Shown: one piece after another, positions 52,018 through 60,908 of the stretch
Position numbering within the stretch: the first letter of the stretch is position 1
Layout of the letters: each line of letters begins with the position of its first letter
IMG/VR virus record: IMGVR_UViG_3300046703_000335
Span: 1 to 64,000 of that record
Strand: one strand, 5' to 3'
Length of the DNA: 64,000 nt
Position numbers and translations under genes: made by a program
Notes under the pieces: generated by a model
What the model was told of the DNA's origin: nothing
Seen by the model: the letters and a program-made list of their open reading frames with translations, nothing else
Databases searched by the model: none

Positions 52018-52112
52018 TCTCTCAACCCATACCCGCGTGTATGTGACACACTTATGGATCTTTTTATAAATACTACATTCAATCGGTACATCCCCGCGTG
52101 TATGTGGCACAC
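52018..52112 (-). CRISPR. Degenerate two-repeat I-C-like mini-array or paired direct repeats
   Basis: GTCACATAC-ACGCGG-GTATGGGTTGAG and GCCACATAC-ACGCGG-GGATGTACCGATTGAAT, 61 nt apart with an ~28-nt spacer; no cas genes in the window. Confidence 0.4.
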
Positions 52113-52148
52113 ACCAACCTATGGTATAGTTATTCTGTAAAAACATAT

Positions 52149-52327
52149 ATGCAATGTGTTTTACTCTCACACAAATAATGGTGCGCCCAATATGTCAATG
52201 AGCATGTGTCTTATATACGCGAGACATTTCACGCTTCAACACCCCAGTTACCCGGCAGCTCAGCGCGCCCACCCCGGCAAACCTGCCGGTGAGTGTATTT
52301 ATCTATGCAACACATTAAGTGCTGCAT
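52149..52327 (-). ncRNA. Unassigned structured RNA, about 180 nt
   Basis: GC-rich island; outer helices AATGTGTT/AACACATT and TACACTCAC/GTGAGAGTA; hairpins CCGGCA-GGTT-TGCCGG and CCGG-GTAA-CTGG; TGAGC/GCTCA helix. Confidence 0.5.
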
Positions 52328-52390
52328 TAATGGCTATATCATTTGTAGATTTTCATTTCAGACATGTAATCTTATGTGTAATCCCGATAT

Positions 52391-53029
52391 TTAATTAACT
52401 CTACATATTTTAAAGTCCTTCAAGCTTATAAGATAATTTTCTTTTACACCAGTATCAACAAATCTTATTAAAGATTCTGTACCGACAATTACAGCCAAAA
52501 GTGCAGTATTGCGTGCAAGGGGATACTCACAAACATCTATCCCTGTACCTTTTTTAGGTACACGATATCTCTCGTTCCAGGTAACTTCTGCGCAATCCTC
52601 TGATAAGCCTATGTGCATACAATCGATCTTATTAACTAAGCAATGATCCATAACTATTTTACGACTCTCCGGATTATCAAAGCCATCAATTACTATCGAA
52701 TCAGCTTTTAAAAATTTTCGAACATTGGAAGCCTCAAGTTTTTTATCGATAGGATCTATAGTAACTTTCATAACATTGAAGAGATGTGACCGGATAGCTG
52801 CAACTTTCAGTTGACCTACATCCCGACTATTCCAAATTTGAGTATTTCGGTTATGTTCCTCTACTCTATCAAAATCGATTACAGTCATTCTCTGAAAACC
52901 CTGACGTACCAGATTATCTGCGAGGTTCGAACCGATCGCACCTACCCCGCATAACGTGATATGCTGTGCAGCTATCTTCTTTAAAAGATCTTCCCCACGG
53001 TAAGCTCCCTCATGTACAAAAGTTTTCAT
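52391..53029 (-). CDS. ThiF/E1-like ubiquitin-like-protein activating enzyme (ORF extends to 53065; likely start 53029)
   Basis: CGVGAIG, IDFDRVEEHN..TQ, GQLK, IDGFDN, DVCEYPLARN. Confidence 0.9.
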   Translation of the reverse strand: MKTFVHEGAYRGEDLLKKIAAQHITLCGVGAIGSNLADNLVRQGFQRMTVIDFDRVEEHNRNTQIWNSRDVGQLKVAAIRSHLFNVMKVTIDPIDKKLEASNVRKFLKADSIVIDGFDNPESRKIVMDHCLVNKIDCMHIGLSEDCAEVTWNERYRVPKKGTGIDVCEYPLARNTALLAVIVGTESLIRFVDTGVKENYLISLKDFKICRVN

Positions 53030-53598
53030 TATCTCACCTTTTTTATATTTTCTATGACATTGCATGCAATTAAAAAATCACTAAGATAATCCAAGTTATA
53101 CCTTGAAACTGCATATGTGGTCCCATTATTGTCTTGTTTTAATAATACTACCCAATGACTGAATGTCAATTCCATCCCAGGCAGAGCAGAGATATAGGGT
53201 CCCGATATAACATCCTGTTCCCAATTTGAATTTTCTTTCAATATCTTAAGAGTATGATGAATGAGATTCAGCCATTTTCTTTCCTCAAGAAGATCTTCCA
53301 AAAAAACATGAGGGTATCCTTCCCAATCATCAATAGGCTCCAATTCATATACAAAAAAGTCAGTCTCATATCCTGTTCGGGGTATTCTAACAGTATTGCT
53401 TATAGCTCGATTACCAGACAGCATTTCATTGTAAATATTACGAATTTTAGGATGCCATTCCTTGTTTATATACAAAGGCAATTCCAATTTTTGTAAGTTA
53501 CTCAGAAAGTATAAATCTTCCACCATCTGGTAACTATTAATTCTCGTCAGATGTCTTGTTAAATTTTCAAAATCTATACTATGAGAATATGTAAACAT
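53029..53598 (-). CDS. Hypothetical protein
   Basis: TAATG-coupled to the ThiF gene. Confidence 0.55.
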   Translation of the reverse strand: MFTYSHSIDFENLTRHLTRINSYQMVEDLYFLSNLQKLELPLYINKEWHPKIRNIYNEMLSGNRAISNTVRIPRTGYETDFFVYELEPIDDWEGYPHVFLEDLLEERKWLNLIHHTLKILKENSNWEQDVISGPYISALPGMELTFSHWVVLLKQDNNGTTYAVSRYNLDYLSDFLIACNVIENIKKVR

Positions 53599-53604
53599 AT
53601 AAAA

Positions 53605-54225
53605 CTATCCCTGACAGATATTATCTCTTCTTTTTAAATTTTTTGCTGTCCCACTATTTTCTCTGCCCTGACGAACCCAAGCGATATCATGTATTGATGC
53701 AAGCGTCATAGCATTATCTCGTTCTTCATCACTTTTAAATCCATAAACTGTGTTATGGTTACCAACATTATTTCTGGGCTTATCAAACATATGATACACT
53801 GTTACGTTCTGATAGTTTTTCAGGAATTCTTGTGCCAAAGTATCAGTACCCCGTGCATCCCCAACTATAAAAGAATAATTACCTGCTATCACATTCTCTA
53901 TCATAGGCTGATAGTGCTCTTTAAATTCATCAGTAGTTAAGTCTAAATGACCCGATATAAAATAGGTATGTTCTCTACTTTTTTCTTTTTCAAGCCACAA
54001 AAGATCTTCTTTGGAAATCACTTCATCAAATAAAAACTGTGATCGATCTCCATAATCGATAACTCTACCATCCCGGGAACGACAACCTATAAGATTATTA
54101 CTGTCCCATCCAGGGCATTTATCTATAAATGCATATAGACCTTTCAATGTGGGAGGATTAATCTCTGGCATATCCTCCCAAGGAGTCACCACTGCATCAT
54201 TAATAACTTTTCGATGTCGTATCAT
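53605..54225 (-). CDS. Protein with C-terminal SLOG/DprA-like Rossmann domain
   Basis: FISGH, IVGDARGTD.LAQ, RD..M. Confidence 0.6.
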   Translation of the reverse strand: MIRHRKVINDAVVTPWEDMPEINPPTLKGLYAFIDKCPGWDSNNLIGCRSRDGRVIDYGDRSQFLFDEVISKEDLLWLEKEKSREHTYFISGHLDLTTDEFKEHYQPMIENVIAGNYSFIVGDARGTDTLAQEFLKNYQNVTVYHMFDKPRNNVGNHNTVYGFKSDEERDNAMTLASIHDIAWVRQGRENSGTAKNLKRRDNICQG

Positions 54226-54314
54226 TTTTACTCCAATACAAAAAAGCTAATGAATGCAAATTTCTATAGTTCATTCTACTATTTAATATACTATTTTAAA
54301 ATTAGCTATACAAT

Positions 54315-54350
54315 AAAAAAGAAAGGGGAAGACTTTTCCCGGTCTTCCCC
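54315..54350 (-). terminator. Rho-independent terminator downstream of the tRNA-mimic RNAs
   Basis: 9-bp stem GGGGAAGAC/GTCTTCCCC plus U-tract. Confidence 0.85.
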
Positions 54351-54397
54351 CTCAAATTATATCTCACCCGAGAGTTGTAATCTCAGGATTAGATAGT

Positions 54398-54560
54398 GAT
54401 GGTCAATAAATAATACCCTCGCCCTTTATAATAAGTCTCCCACTCTACCGCTGAGCTATAGACCCCCGAAGTTATCTATTACAAAATAACTTAGAGGGTC
54501 TAAATGGATTTGAACCACTGACAGGAGTGTTTTAAGGCTACCTATTCTTTATTAACCACC
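54398..54560 (-). ncRNA. YrlA-like Y RNA 2 (circularly permuted tRNA mimic)
   Basis: Order T arm (AGTGG-TTCAAAT-CCATT), acceptor TAGACCC/GGGTCTA closed by a hairpin, D arm (GCTC-AGCGGTA-GAGT); 13-bp terminal stem GGTGGTTAATAAA/TTTATTGACCATC; no anticodon loop. Confidence 0.75.
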
Positions 54561-54624
54561 TTCAATTTTGAATCTTGGACATTCAAAACACTAATCATCA
54601 ACTTAAATCTGGTATGCAAAAAAA

Positions 54625-54755
54625 TAAAAATAATCTTTTGCCTTTTACAGAAGTACTCTACCAAACTGAGCTACCTTCTCCATATTTTTTAGGGGAGAAG
54701 GAGAGGAATCGAACCTCCGCGTCTTCTGATATAGAAAAAGACAAAAGTGCTTTTA
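54625..54755 (-). ncRNA. YrlA-like Y RNA 1 (circularly permuted tRNA mimic, His-like acceptor)
   Basis: T arm GGAGG-TTCGATT-CCTCT, acceptor CCTTCTC-C/G-GAGAAGG closed by a short linker, D arm GCTC-AGTTTGGTA-GAGT; ends pair (CTTCTG/CAGAAG, then CTTTTGTCTTTT/AAAAGGCAAAAG). Confidence 0.75.
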
Positions 54756-54776
54756 GGATAATTAACCTACTCGGGG

Positions 54777-55550
54777 CTAATTAACTTTAAACCCCTGATT
54801 AATATAATTAAAAAATTTCAGTCCAACTTTTGCTGACTCAGTTTCCTGAGCATTTGCTTTTGACCGGGCGATCTTCACACCAGAGATCAGGCAATCAATA
54901 CGATTGAGCAACTGACTCTTCTGTTTTGGAGATAAACCTCCACTAGCGTAGGTTTGTGTCCAAGTTCCAACTGCTTCATCCGACATAACAATCTCAGTTT
55001 GTGCTTGAAACTTATCAGTAGCTTCAGCCTTGGTAATAACCTTTGGAATTTTCTTTGTTCTGATACGTTCTATTGGTTCAGATTTCCATACCCCTGTTCG
55101 AGTTACATCATCTGACCAAACCTTTGAGGGATCAATTGTAGGAATCTCTTCATAGACCTTCCTAACTCTTTCCAGAGCGGATTCCATCTGTACCAGAAAT
55201 GTTACAGGGGCCTTTTCAAGAATAATCTCTGTAGTGCCATCAGGAAGCTCTACAACGACATCCGCAGAGGCACTCTGATTACCACGTTCTTTCTGAAGTT
55301 CAATATCAATAAAACGAACTATCGATGCTTGAGAATAATCAAGTTTATCCTTAACTGTTGTGACCATAGGAGTAAACTCTTCATCAGGGCGATCCTTATC
55401 CTGGTCATTGAAAGGAGAATAACTCTTACGTGATTCAATGAAGTGTGCCGAGCGCTGATTGAATGTTTTAAGAGTTTCATCAATAATCTTGGCAAAGACA
55501 TCCTTTGCATCTTTTTCTACTGCAAGAAGCTCATACAATTTACCACCCAT
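54777..55550 (-). CDS. Conserved helical hypothetical protein directly upstream of the Y RNAs
   Basis: SD GGAGG; KL.ELLAVEK N-terminus, coiled-coil ends. Confidence 0.7.
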   Translation of the reverse strand: MGGKLYELLAVEKDAKDVFAKIIDETLKTFNQRSAHFIESRKSYSPFNDQDKDRPDEEFTPMVTTVKDKLDYSQASIVRFIDIELQKERGNQSASADVVVELPDGTTEIILEKAPVTFLVQMESALERVRKVYEEIPTIDPSKVWSDDVTRTGVWKSEPIERIRTKKIPKVITKAEATDKFQAQTEIVMSDEAVGTWTQTYASGGLSPKQKSQLLNRIDCLISGVKIARSKANAQETESAKVGLKFFNYINQGFKVN

Positions 55551-55656
55551 TAAAAACCTCCTGAGAATATTATGTATATTTTATCTATCTAATAGGATAT
55601 CTAAAGGATATTATTAAATATAATTAAAACTCTAAGGTAATAACATATAAAAATAA

Positions 55657-55686
55657 AAAAGAGTCCTGCTTTGGCGGGACTCTTTT
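55657..55686. terminator. Bidirectional-type intrinsic terminator
   Basis: AAAAGAGTCCTGC-TTTG-GCGGGACTCTTTT. Confidence 0.8.
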
Positions 55687-55710
55687 GAAAAAGCATATAA
55701 ACATCAAATC

Positions 55711-56904
55711 TTATCTCTGAGCAGTATTATTCTTACCTGCCATTCCCATATTAATACCGAGATCCATAGCTGTCTTAGCATTCAGCATATTAATGAGATC
55801 AGTTGCTCCATTTGCACCTTTACTATTTTCACCCATAATAACAGAAGGAACCCAGTTACCTTTATATTCAGAGATAGCTTTAGCATAATTAGCGTTAACT
55901 TCTTTATAAGCCTCTAATTTTTTATCCAAAGCACCATCAGCTGTCATAACAAGTTTCTTACGTTCAGCCTCTCCCTGCCCCAGAAGAATCTGTTCTGCTT
56001 TCTTAAATTCAGCAGCCTCTTTGTTAAGTTTAGCAACCTCTTTTTCTTGCTCCCCAAGAGTGACTGCGCGCGCCTTGACAACTTCCTGTTCCCAGCGACT
56101 TCTTGCAGCATTAGCCTCCCCCTGCTTTGCAACAGTAATTGCATTCTGTTCTGCTTTTTTAGCATCGGCTATTGAAGTTTGAACATCCATAGTAATCTGC
56201 TGTTGACTCTGAATTTGCTTTTCAATTGCCCCATCATAAGGGAGGGCATTAATCGCGAAGTTAAATGTTTTTATGCCAAAAATAGCCATAGCAGCATCTT
56301 CTTGACGTTCAGGCACTCCATTTTTCATTATTATATCAACTACAGTTACGGTTTTTTCAGCGCCAGTCATTTGGTCTATAGTCTTTGCTTCCTTAGAAAC
56401 AGTTCGGTACACACCATTTTGAATCTGATCCTCTACATACTGAATAAGATAGTTTCTTTTTTCGGCATATGACTCTTTGGAAGACATAAGTGGTCCAGTC
56501 ATATAAATGGCTTTATTTACTACTGTTGCTACTAACTGATTTTCAAGAGCTTGGATGCTACCAAATTTTGAATGAATATTAGAAAGATTAATGGGATCCA
56601 CAGGTAATTCATAACTTACACTGCCGTCCATTGTTCCATGTCCACCATCATTAAATCTTACTTGAGTTTTAAAGGAGTATATTTCTCTTTTAGGGTACTT
56701 AGATACCTTACCAAAACCTTGCCATTTTACACCGGCAGTTACATGCCAGGTAAGCTTACCAGAAATCGGACTTTGAACTACTAAGATCTGATTAGCATTA
56801 TTGACCTCAACAAATTGAAAAATTGACCACAAGCCTATTATGCATATGATCCCCCCAACGATTAATTTAAAAACTCCAGCAGGACTTTCCTGGGCTCTTG
56901 CCAT
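55711..56904 (-). CDS. SPFH/Band-7 (prohibitin-like) membrane protein
   Basis: N-terminal TM, SPFH core, Ala/Glu-rich coiled-coil. Confidence 0.85.
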   Translation of the reverse strand: MARAQESPAGVFKLIVGGIICIIGLWSIFQFVEVNNANQILVVQSPISGKLTWHVTAGVKWQGFGKVSKYPKREIYSFKTQVRFNDGGHGTMDGSVSYELPVDPINLSNIHSKFGSIQALENQLVATVVNKAIYMTGPLMSSKESYAEKRNYLIQYVEDQIQNGVYRTVSKEAKTIDQMTGAEKTVTVVDIIMKNGVPERQEDAAMAIFGIKTFNFAINALPYDGAIEKQIQSQQQITMDVQTSIADAKKAEQNAITVAKQGEANAARSRWEQEVVKARAVTLGEQEKEVAKLNKEAAEFKKAEQILLGQGEAERKKLVMTADGALDKKLEAYKEVNANYAKAISEYKGNWVPSVIMGENSKGANGATDLINMLNAKTAMDLGINMGMAGKNNTAQR

Positions 56905-56954
56905 AAGACACTCCTTAATATAAATGTTATTTGATTTGGAAGATTCACTCCCTG

Positions 56955-57221
56955 TTATTTATTATCGTTTGTTTCTTCTTTTTTAAGATCTTCTATAGAC
57001 TTTAATTTTTCATCATTTATTTTTCTTTGCTGCACTATATCCTGGATTAAATCTAATTCTACTGAACTCTGCTTTACCTCTTCCAATTTTTTAAGTATAA
57101 CTCTTTCTTTTGTAAATATCGGGAAATATGAAGTACCCCTTAAAAAAGGGTAAATAATTTGAGTAACCAGCACAGAAGCTATAATGCAAAACATACCGAG
57201 TTCTAATACAAAAAAAATCAT
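56955..57221 (-). CDS. Small membrane protein
   Basis: N-terminal TM. Confidence 0.55.
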   Translation of the reverse strand: MIFFVLELGMFCIIASVLVTQIIYPFLRGTSYFPIFTKERVILKKLEEVKQSSVELDLIQDIVQQRKINDEKLKSIEDLKKEETNDNK

Positions 57222-57252
57222 AAAACTCCTTTTAATATTGTCTTAATCCAAG

Positions 57253-57507
57253 TTAATTACTGCCGAATTGCTTGACTTCAGTATCACTGTCAAGAACGCA
57301 AGCACAATCTTTAATATTAGGATCACAAATTGCACCTATTGCAATAATATCTATTCTCAATCTCTCCAAATTAATCTTAAGATCATTAACAGGTATAATA
57401 ACTCTATCCATATCAATGTCTTCACAAATAGCGCTATCTAAAGAACTTATAACATGATTATAATCTTTGATAAGTTTTTTTCTTAGGATATTAAAGTCTA
57501 TTTCCAT
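57253..57507 (-). CDS. Hypothetical protein
   Basis: ORF. Confidence 0.5.
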   Translation of the reverse strand: MEIDFNILRKKLIKDYNHVISSLDSAICEDIDMDRVIIPVNDLKINLERLRIDIIAIGAICDPNIKDCACVLDSDTEVKQFGSN

Positions 57508-57519
57508 TGCATTTCCCTT

Positions 57520-57741
57520 TTATAAACTTTGAATAGGCTCTATGGTAGAGCTTTTAGGGCAGACAGTATCTATTTTTTTATTTTTTACTTTTAAACTATT
57601 TTTCTTCTTATCCAGTTGAATAATGTAATCATGAAGTTCATGAAATTCTGAAGCTGAAAATTTTGAATGTGGGTTGCCTACAGCAACTAATCTCTCGGTC
57701 AATTCTCTAAATCTGCTATCCATAAAATACCTTCCATACAA
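57520..57741 (-). CDS. Hypothetical protein
   Basis: ORF; start uncertain. Confidence 0.45.
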   Translation of the reverse strand: MYGRYFMDSRFRELTERLVAVGNPHSKFSASEFHELHDYIIQLDKKKNSLKVKNKKIDTVCPKSSTIEPIQSL

Positions 57742-57751
57742 AAATTAAATG

Positions 57752-58000
57752 TCATTGTAAAAAATCAGAAATCTGTGCTTCACAAGATGATTGAAATTCT
57801 TTAATAACAGCTATTGCATCTTTAACACGCTGAGCATCTTCTGGATTTGAGCATATAAGATCAGGATTAAGATATCCACCATCAGCTAAATCATACCAGA
57901 AATCACTGGATGATGCCCCACATTTTTTATTTACTTTCATAAGAAACCTTATATGAATTAAATTGGTAGCCAACAAATAAAAAATGGACCATAAGACCAA
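57752..58000 (-). CDS. Hypothetical protein
   Basis: SSDFWYDL.DGGY.NP; start uncertain. Confidence 0.55.
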   Translation of the reverse strand: MVLWSIFYLLATNLIHIRFLMKVNKKCGASSSDFWYDLADGGYLNPDLICSNPEDAQRVKDAIAVIKEFQSSCEAQISDFLQ

Positions 58001-58371
58001 AAGTCTACAGAAGATTTTTTTACAATAGTGGATCTATCTTTACGAAGACCTCCTACAGAATAGCAATAATACGCAGAATGATTCCCGCACCCAATCCCAC
58101 AGAGATATGTCTTATATATTGATTTCACCCAAGATCTCATTGTAGAATTATCTGTGGCACTTGGTGTGACATTTGATATACCTGGATGAGTATGATACCA
58201 CCCAATTACCCAAGGACTATTCGCTTTTGAATAATTCATTTCCACTTTAGCAGAAGATCCTATAGCATGATATCTACGAATCCCAATGAAAAATCTTATA
58301 CCTGGAAGAAACTTTTCCAAGCGAATTCCATACAAGAACCAGCATTCTTCTTTAAAGTTTAGTTTCGACAT
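57958..58371 (-). CDS. JAB/MPN (JAMM) metallopeptidase
   Basis: EECWFLYG (catalytic Glu), IGWYHTHP...PSATD JAMM motif. Confidence 0.85.
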   Translation of the reverse strand: MSKLNFKEECWFLYGIRLEKFLPGIRFFIGIRRYHAIGSSAKVEMNYSKANSPWVIGWYHTHPGISNVTPSATDNSTMRSWVKSIYKTYLCGIGCGNHSAYYCYSVGGLRKDRSTIVKKSSVDFWSYGPFFICWLPI

Positions 58372-58579
58372 CCGGAGATTCTTTCTTAGCTATTGCATCA
58401 ATCAAAGCATCTAACCTTACTCGGTCAAATTTTTTATCACAAAACCGACAATTTACACGAGAATAATCTTTATGTCCTATAGCATGTGGATGCTTAGCAA
58501 TTGATAATCCTTTTCTTTTACATGCAGGGCACTCAATTCCCCTATAATTTAATCGCATCATATGACCGACTCTAATCAA
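58352..58579 (-). CDS. Zn-ribbon protein
   Basis: CPAC...CRFC. Confidence 0.55.
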   Translation of the reverse strand: MIRVGHMMRLNYRGIECPACKRKGLSIAKHPHAIGHKDYSRVNCRFCDKKFDRVRLDALIDAIAKKESPDVETKL

Positions 58580-58967
58580 TTATGTCCCCTATTTCCTTTT
58601 TCAGCGCTTCTTTGTCTGAATGAGTATTCTTTTCGTTTATTTTAATGAAATCTTTATTCCTAACCATCTCCCATAACCCACAGTCTTTCAAATCCTCAAT
58701 TATTGAAAATACCGTACGTTTATCCCTGGACCATCTTTGCTCACTACCTTTAAAGTCATAATGGGATATCTTTGAATAGTATTGATAAGTTGGATTTTGT
58801 ATTTCAAGATACTCATCATCTATAAAAAACAACTGATAGCATGTTATACGGGTACTCTCTTCAACTGTGATTTCTATAATAGGATATGCTGCAGTTATAC
58901 GCCTCTTCTTCCTACCATACTTATGCATAAGATTGTCTACAGCATCTAATATAATAGGAGGGAACAT
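58572..58967 (-). CDS. Hypothetical protein
   Basis: ORF. Confidence 0.5.
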   Translation of the reverse strand: MFPPIILDAVDNLMHKYGRKKRRITAAYPIIEITVEESTRITCYQLFFIDDEYLEIQNPTYQYYSKISHYDFKGSEQRWSRDKRTVFSIIEDLKDCGLWEMVRNKDFIKINEKNTHSDKEALKKEIGDIID

Positions 58968-58969
58968 TC

Positions 58970-59344
58970 TTACCTAATCTCCCGAATCTCTATAATATCA
59001 GGATTTTTACATTCCATAAATTGAAGTCTAGCTCTTCCAAGACTATTCAAAGTACCTACAAATTCTTTTAGTAATGCTTTTGACTCTTCTGAATATTTAT
59101 CTGCGGGTATAGAGAATAGTGTAATATAGAGTTTTAATCGATGATCCTTTTTTTCAGTAAGTTTTGAAAAGTAATCTTTTAGCTTCTTATCACTATCTAA
59201 AATGAACTCACGAAAGCCTTCATGTTGAACTTTTATGGTATAATCTACTTTCTCGGAAAAGCTTAAAGTAGCCCACTCAAGTGGAAGAAGATTACTATAT
59301 GCACTCTTATCAGATCTTTTTTTAAGCATCATGCCTCCTATCAA
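58970..59344 (-). CDS. Hypothetical protein
   Basis: ORF. Confidence 0.5.
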   Translation of the reverse strand: MIGGMMLKKRSDKSAYSNLLPLEWATLSFSEKVDYTIKVQHEGFREFILDSDKKLKDYFSKLTEKKDHRLKLYITLFSIPADKYSEESKALLKEFVGTLNSLGRARLQFMECKNPDIIEIREIR

Positions 59345-59861
59345 AATGAGGAAGTCTCACTTCACTTAGCATATACCAACCCTCATCAATATACTTAAAT
59401 ATCCTAAAATACCCTGTTCCTTTTAATCTACTTAGAATCTTTGAAAATTGATATTTAATCTTTATTTGATTCATAGCCTGAACACCAGTAAGATTAAACA
59501 AGGTATTTAATATATGCGCAGAATATGATTGACTAGTAGTCCTATATACAGCTTTTAGCAAAGCTATCTCAAAAGGGTCACAATATTGTTTTAGCTCTTT
59601 AAATATTTTTTCTGAATCACCTTCACACAATCTATCTAAAGTTTCAAGAAAAGTTACCCGGGCACGTAATTTTGCCAATCGATGTGAGATAGCCCCCTGG
59701 GTCAATCCTGTAATGTCTGCTATTTCAACTTGCCCTAAATTAAAGATACAATAGTACTTGTAAATGTCACGTTCTAAAGAAGGTATCTTATCATAGAATC
59801 TTAAGAAATTCTCATAAGATATCTGAGATGCATTAGCATTGCTATGTTGGCTCAGCATCAT
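59322..59861 (-). CDS. Sigma-70 region-4-like HTH protein
   Basis: QVEIADITGLTQGAISHRL.K.R. Confidence 0.65.
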   Translation of the reverse strand: MMLSQHSNANASQISYENFLRFYDKIPSLERDIYKYYCIFNLGQVEIADITGLTQGAISHRLAKLRARVTFLETLDRLCEGDSEKIFKELKQYCDPFEIALLKAVYRTTSQSYSAHILNTLFNLTGVQAMNQIKIKYQFSKILSRLKGTGYFRIFKYIDEGWYMLSEVRLPHFDRRHDA

Positions 59862-60030
59862 TTTCCTGGGGATTTAATCGCTTTAAGATATTATCCATTT
59901 TAGATTTATATACACCCTGCTCAGCCCAGGTGTATCTTGCGCTAATATCAAAAAATTTAGATAGGACTGTAGCGAGTTCTATAATTTCTTTCTTTATAGC
60001 ACATGTATTACATTGTTCTGGCATATGCAA
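59842..60030 (-). CDS. Hypothetical protein
   Basis: ORF with CxxC. Confidence 0.45.
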   Translation of the reverse strand: MHMPEQCNTCAIKKEIIELATVLSKFFDISARYTWAEQGVYKSKMDNILKRLNPQENDAEPT

Positions 60031-60035
60031 CCCTC

Positions 60036-60893
60036 TTATTGAACATTATTAAATCGATGCAACACACCCGTCTGTTGAGCTTCCCTAACCACAGTGATTA
60101 AGCTCTTCAAGTCAAACCTGTGATCATTTCCAGATAAACAAATACCTGCGGCAATGACCATTCGCTTGTTATCTTTCGAAATATGGCTGGTGAACTCCTC
60201 ACCATCCACCTTATATGTCACACTAAAGTGGTCACTTCTTTCTACGAACCGAACAAACTCTCCCCCGGCATGTTCCACATCTTTTTTTAAGACATTTTCT
60301 TTCTTATCCTCCAAAAACCTTTTATCAAAGGTCGTTCGAAGAGAATAAGCCATTTTTTCCTCAAATGAGAGATTTGCAAACTTAATCTCACCAGGGTCCA
60401 CTAACTTTTCCAAACTATCCCGAAGATATTCCGCTTTAGTAGGGTCATTCCCTGTATCTACACTCTCAAACCAGAAATTAGCACCGTCATAACGAACGAT
60501 AACACGGTCAAAATTCATGACCGTATCATCAAATAATAGCACCGGTATCAGCCCACGGAATGGCAACCCATATTTATTAGCCTTATCCGGGATAGCTAGG
60601 AATTCTTTGTCTCTTCTCAGAGTCAGAGTCACTCTTAGCCTACCAAGACGGCGTAAATAGAGCTCACGTTCAGTAAAGTCTGCATCACCGGTTATTTTAG
60701 CAGAAATAGAATTTAAAGGGCGGATTTTATACCACCCAGGATCAACATTAGGAACTTTGAATGTATATACCAGCCCATCGATAGTAGTTACTACAGAGTT
60801 ATTATAGAAAATAGGAGAAATGAACTCCAGATTTGTGATCTGTTGTTCTTTCCTTCCTAAATTACTAATAATATCAAGGACATTAATAGACAT
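60036..60893 (-). CDS. Conserved hypothetical protein adjacent to the TROVE gene
   Basis: GGAG SD; C-terminal AAGICLSG.D..FDL.SL..V.RE. Confidence 0.7.
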   Translation of the reverse strand: MSINVLDIISNLGRKEQQITNLEFISPIFYNNSVVTTIDGLVYTFKVPNVDPGWYKIRPLNSISAKITGDADFTERELYLRRLGRLRVTLTLRRDKEFLAIPDKANKYGLPFRGLIPVLLFDDTVMNFDRVIVRYDGANFWFESVDTGNDPTKAEYLRDSLEKLVDPGEIKFANLSFEEKMAYSLRTTFDKRFLEDKKENVLKKDVEHAGGEFVRFVERSDHFSVTYKVDGEEFTSHISKDNKRMVIAAGICLSGNDHRFDLKSLITVVREAQQTGVLHRFNNVQ

Positions 60894-60908
60894 ACAATCT
60901 CCCGAGTA

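Noticed and set aside
52149-52327. TPP riboswitch, SRP, RNase P or intron fragment
   Set aside because: Only partial look-alikes (GGGGUG...CUGAG); the conserved cores are absent
54398-54755. True permuted or split decoding tRNA genes
   Set aside because: No 7-nt anticodon loop can be assembled and no clear bulge-helix-bulge is present; the topology fits YrlA better
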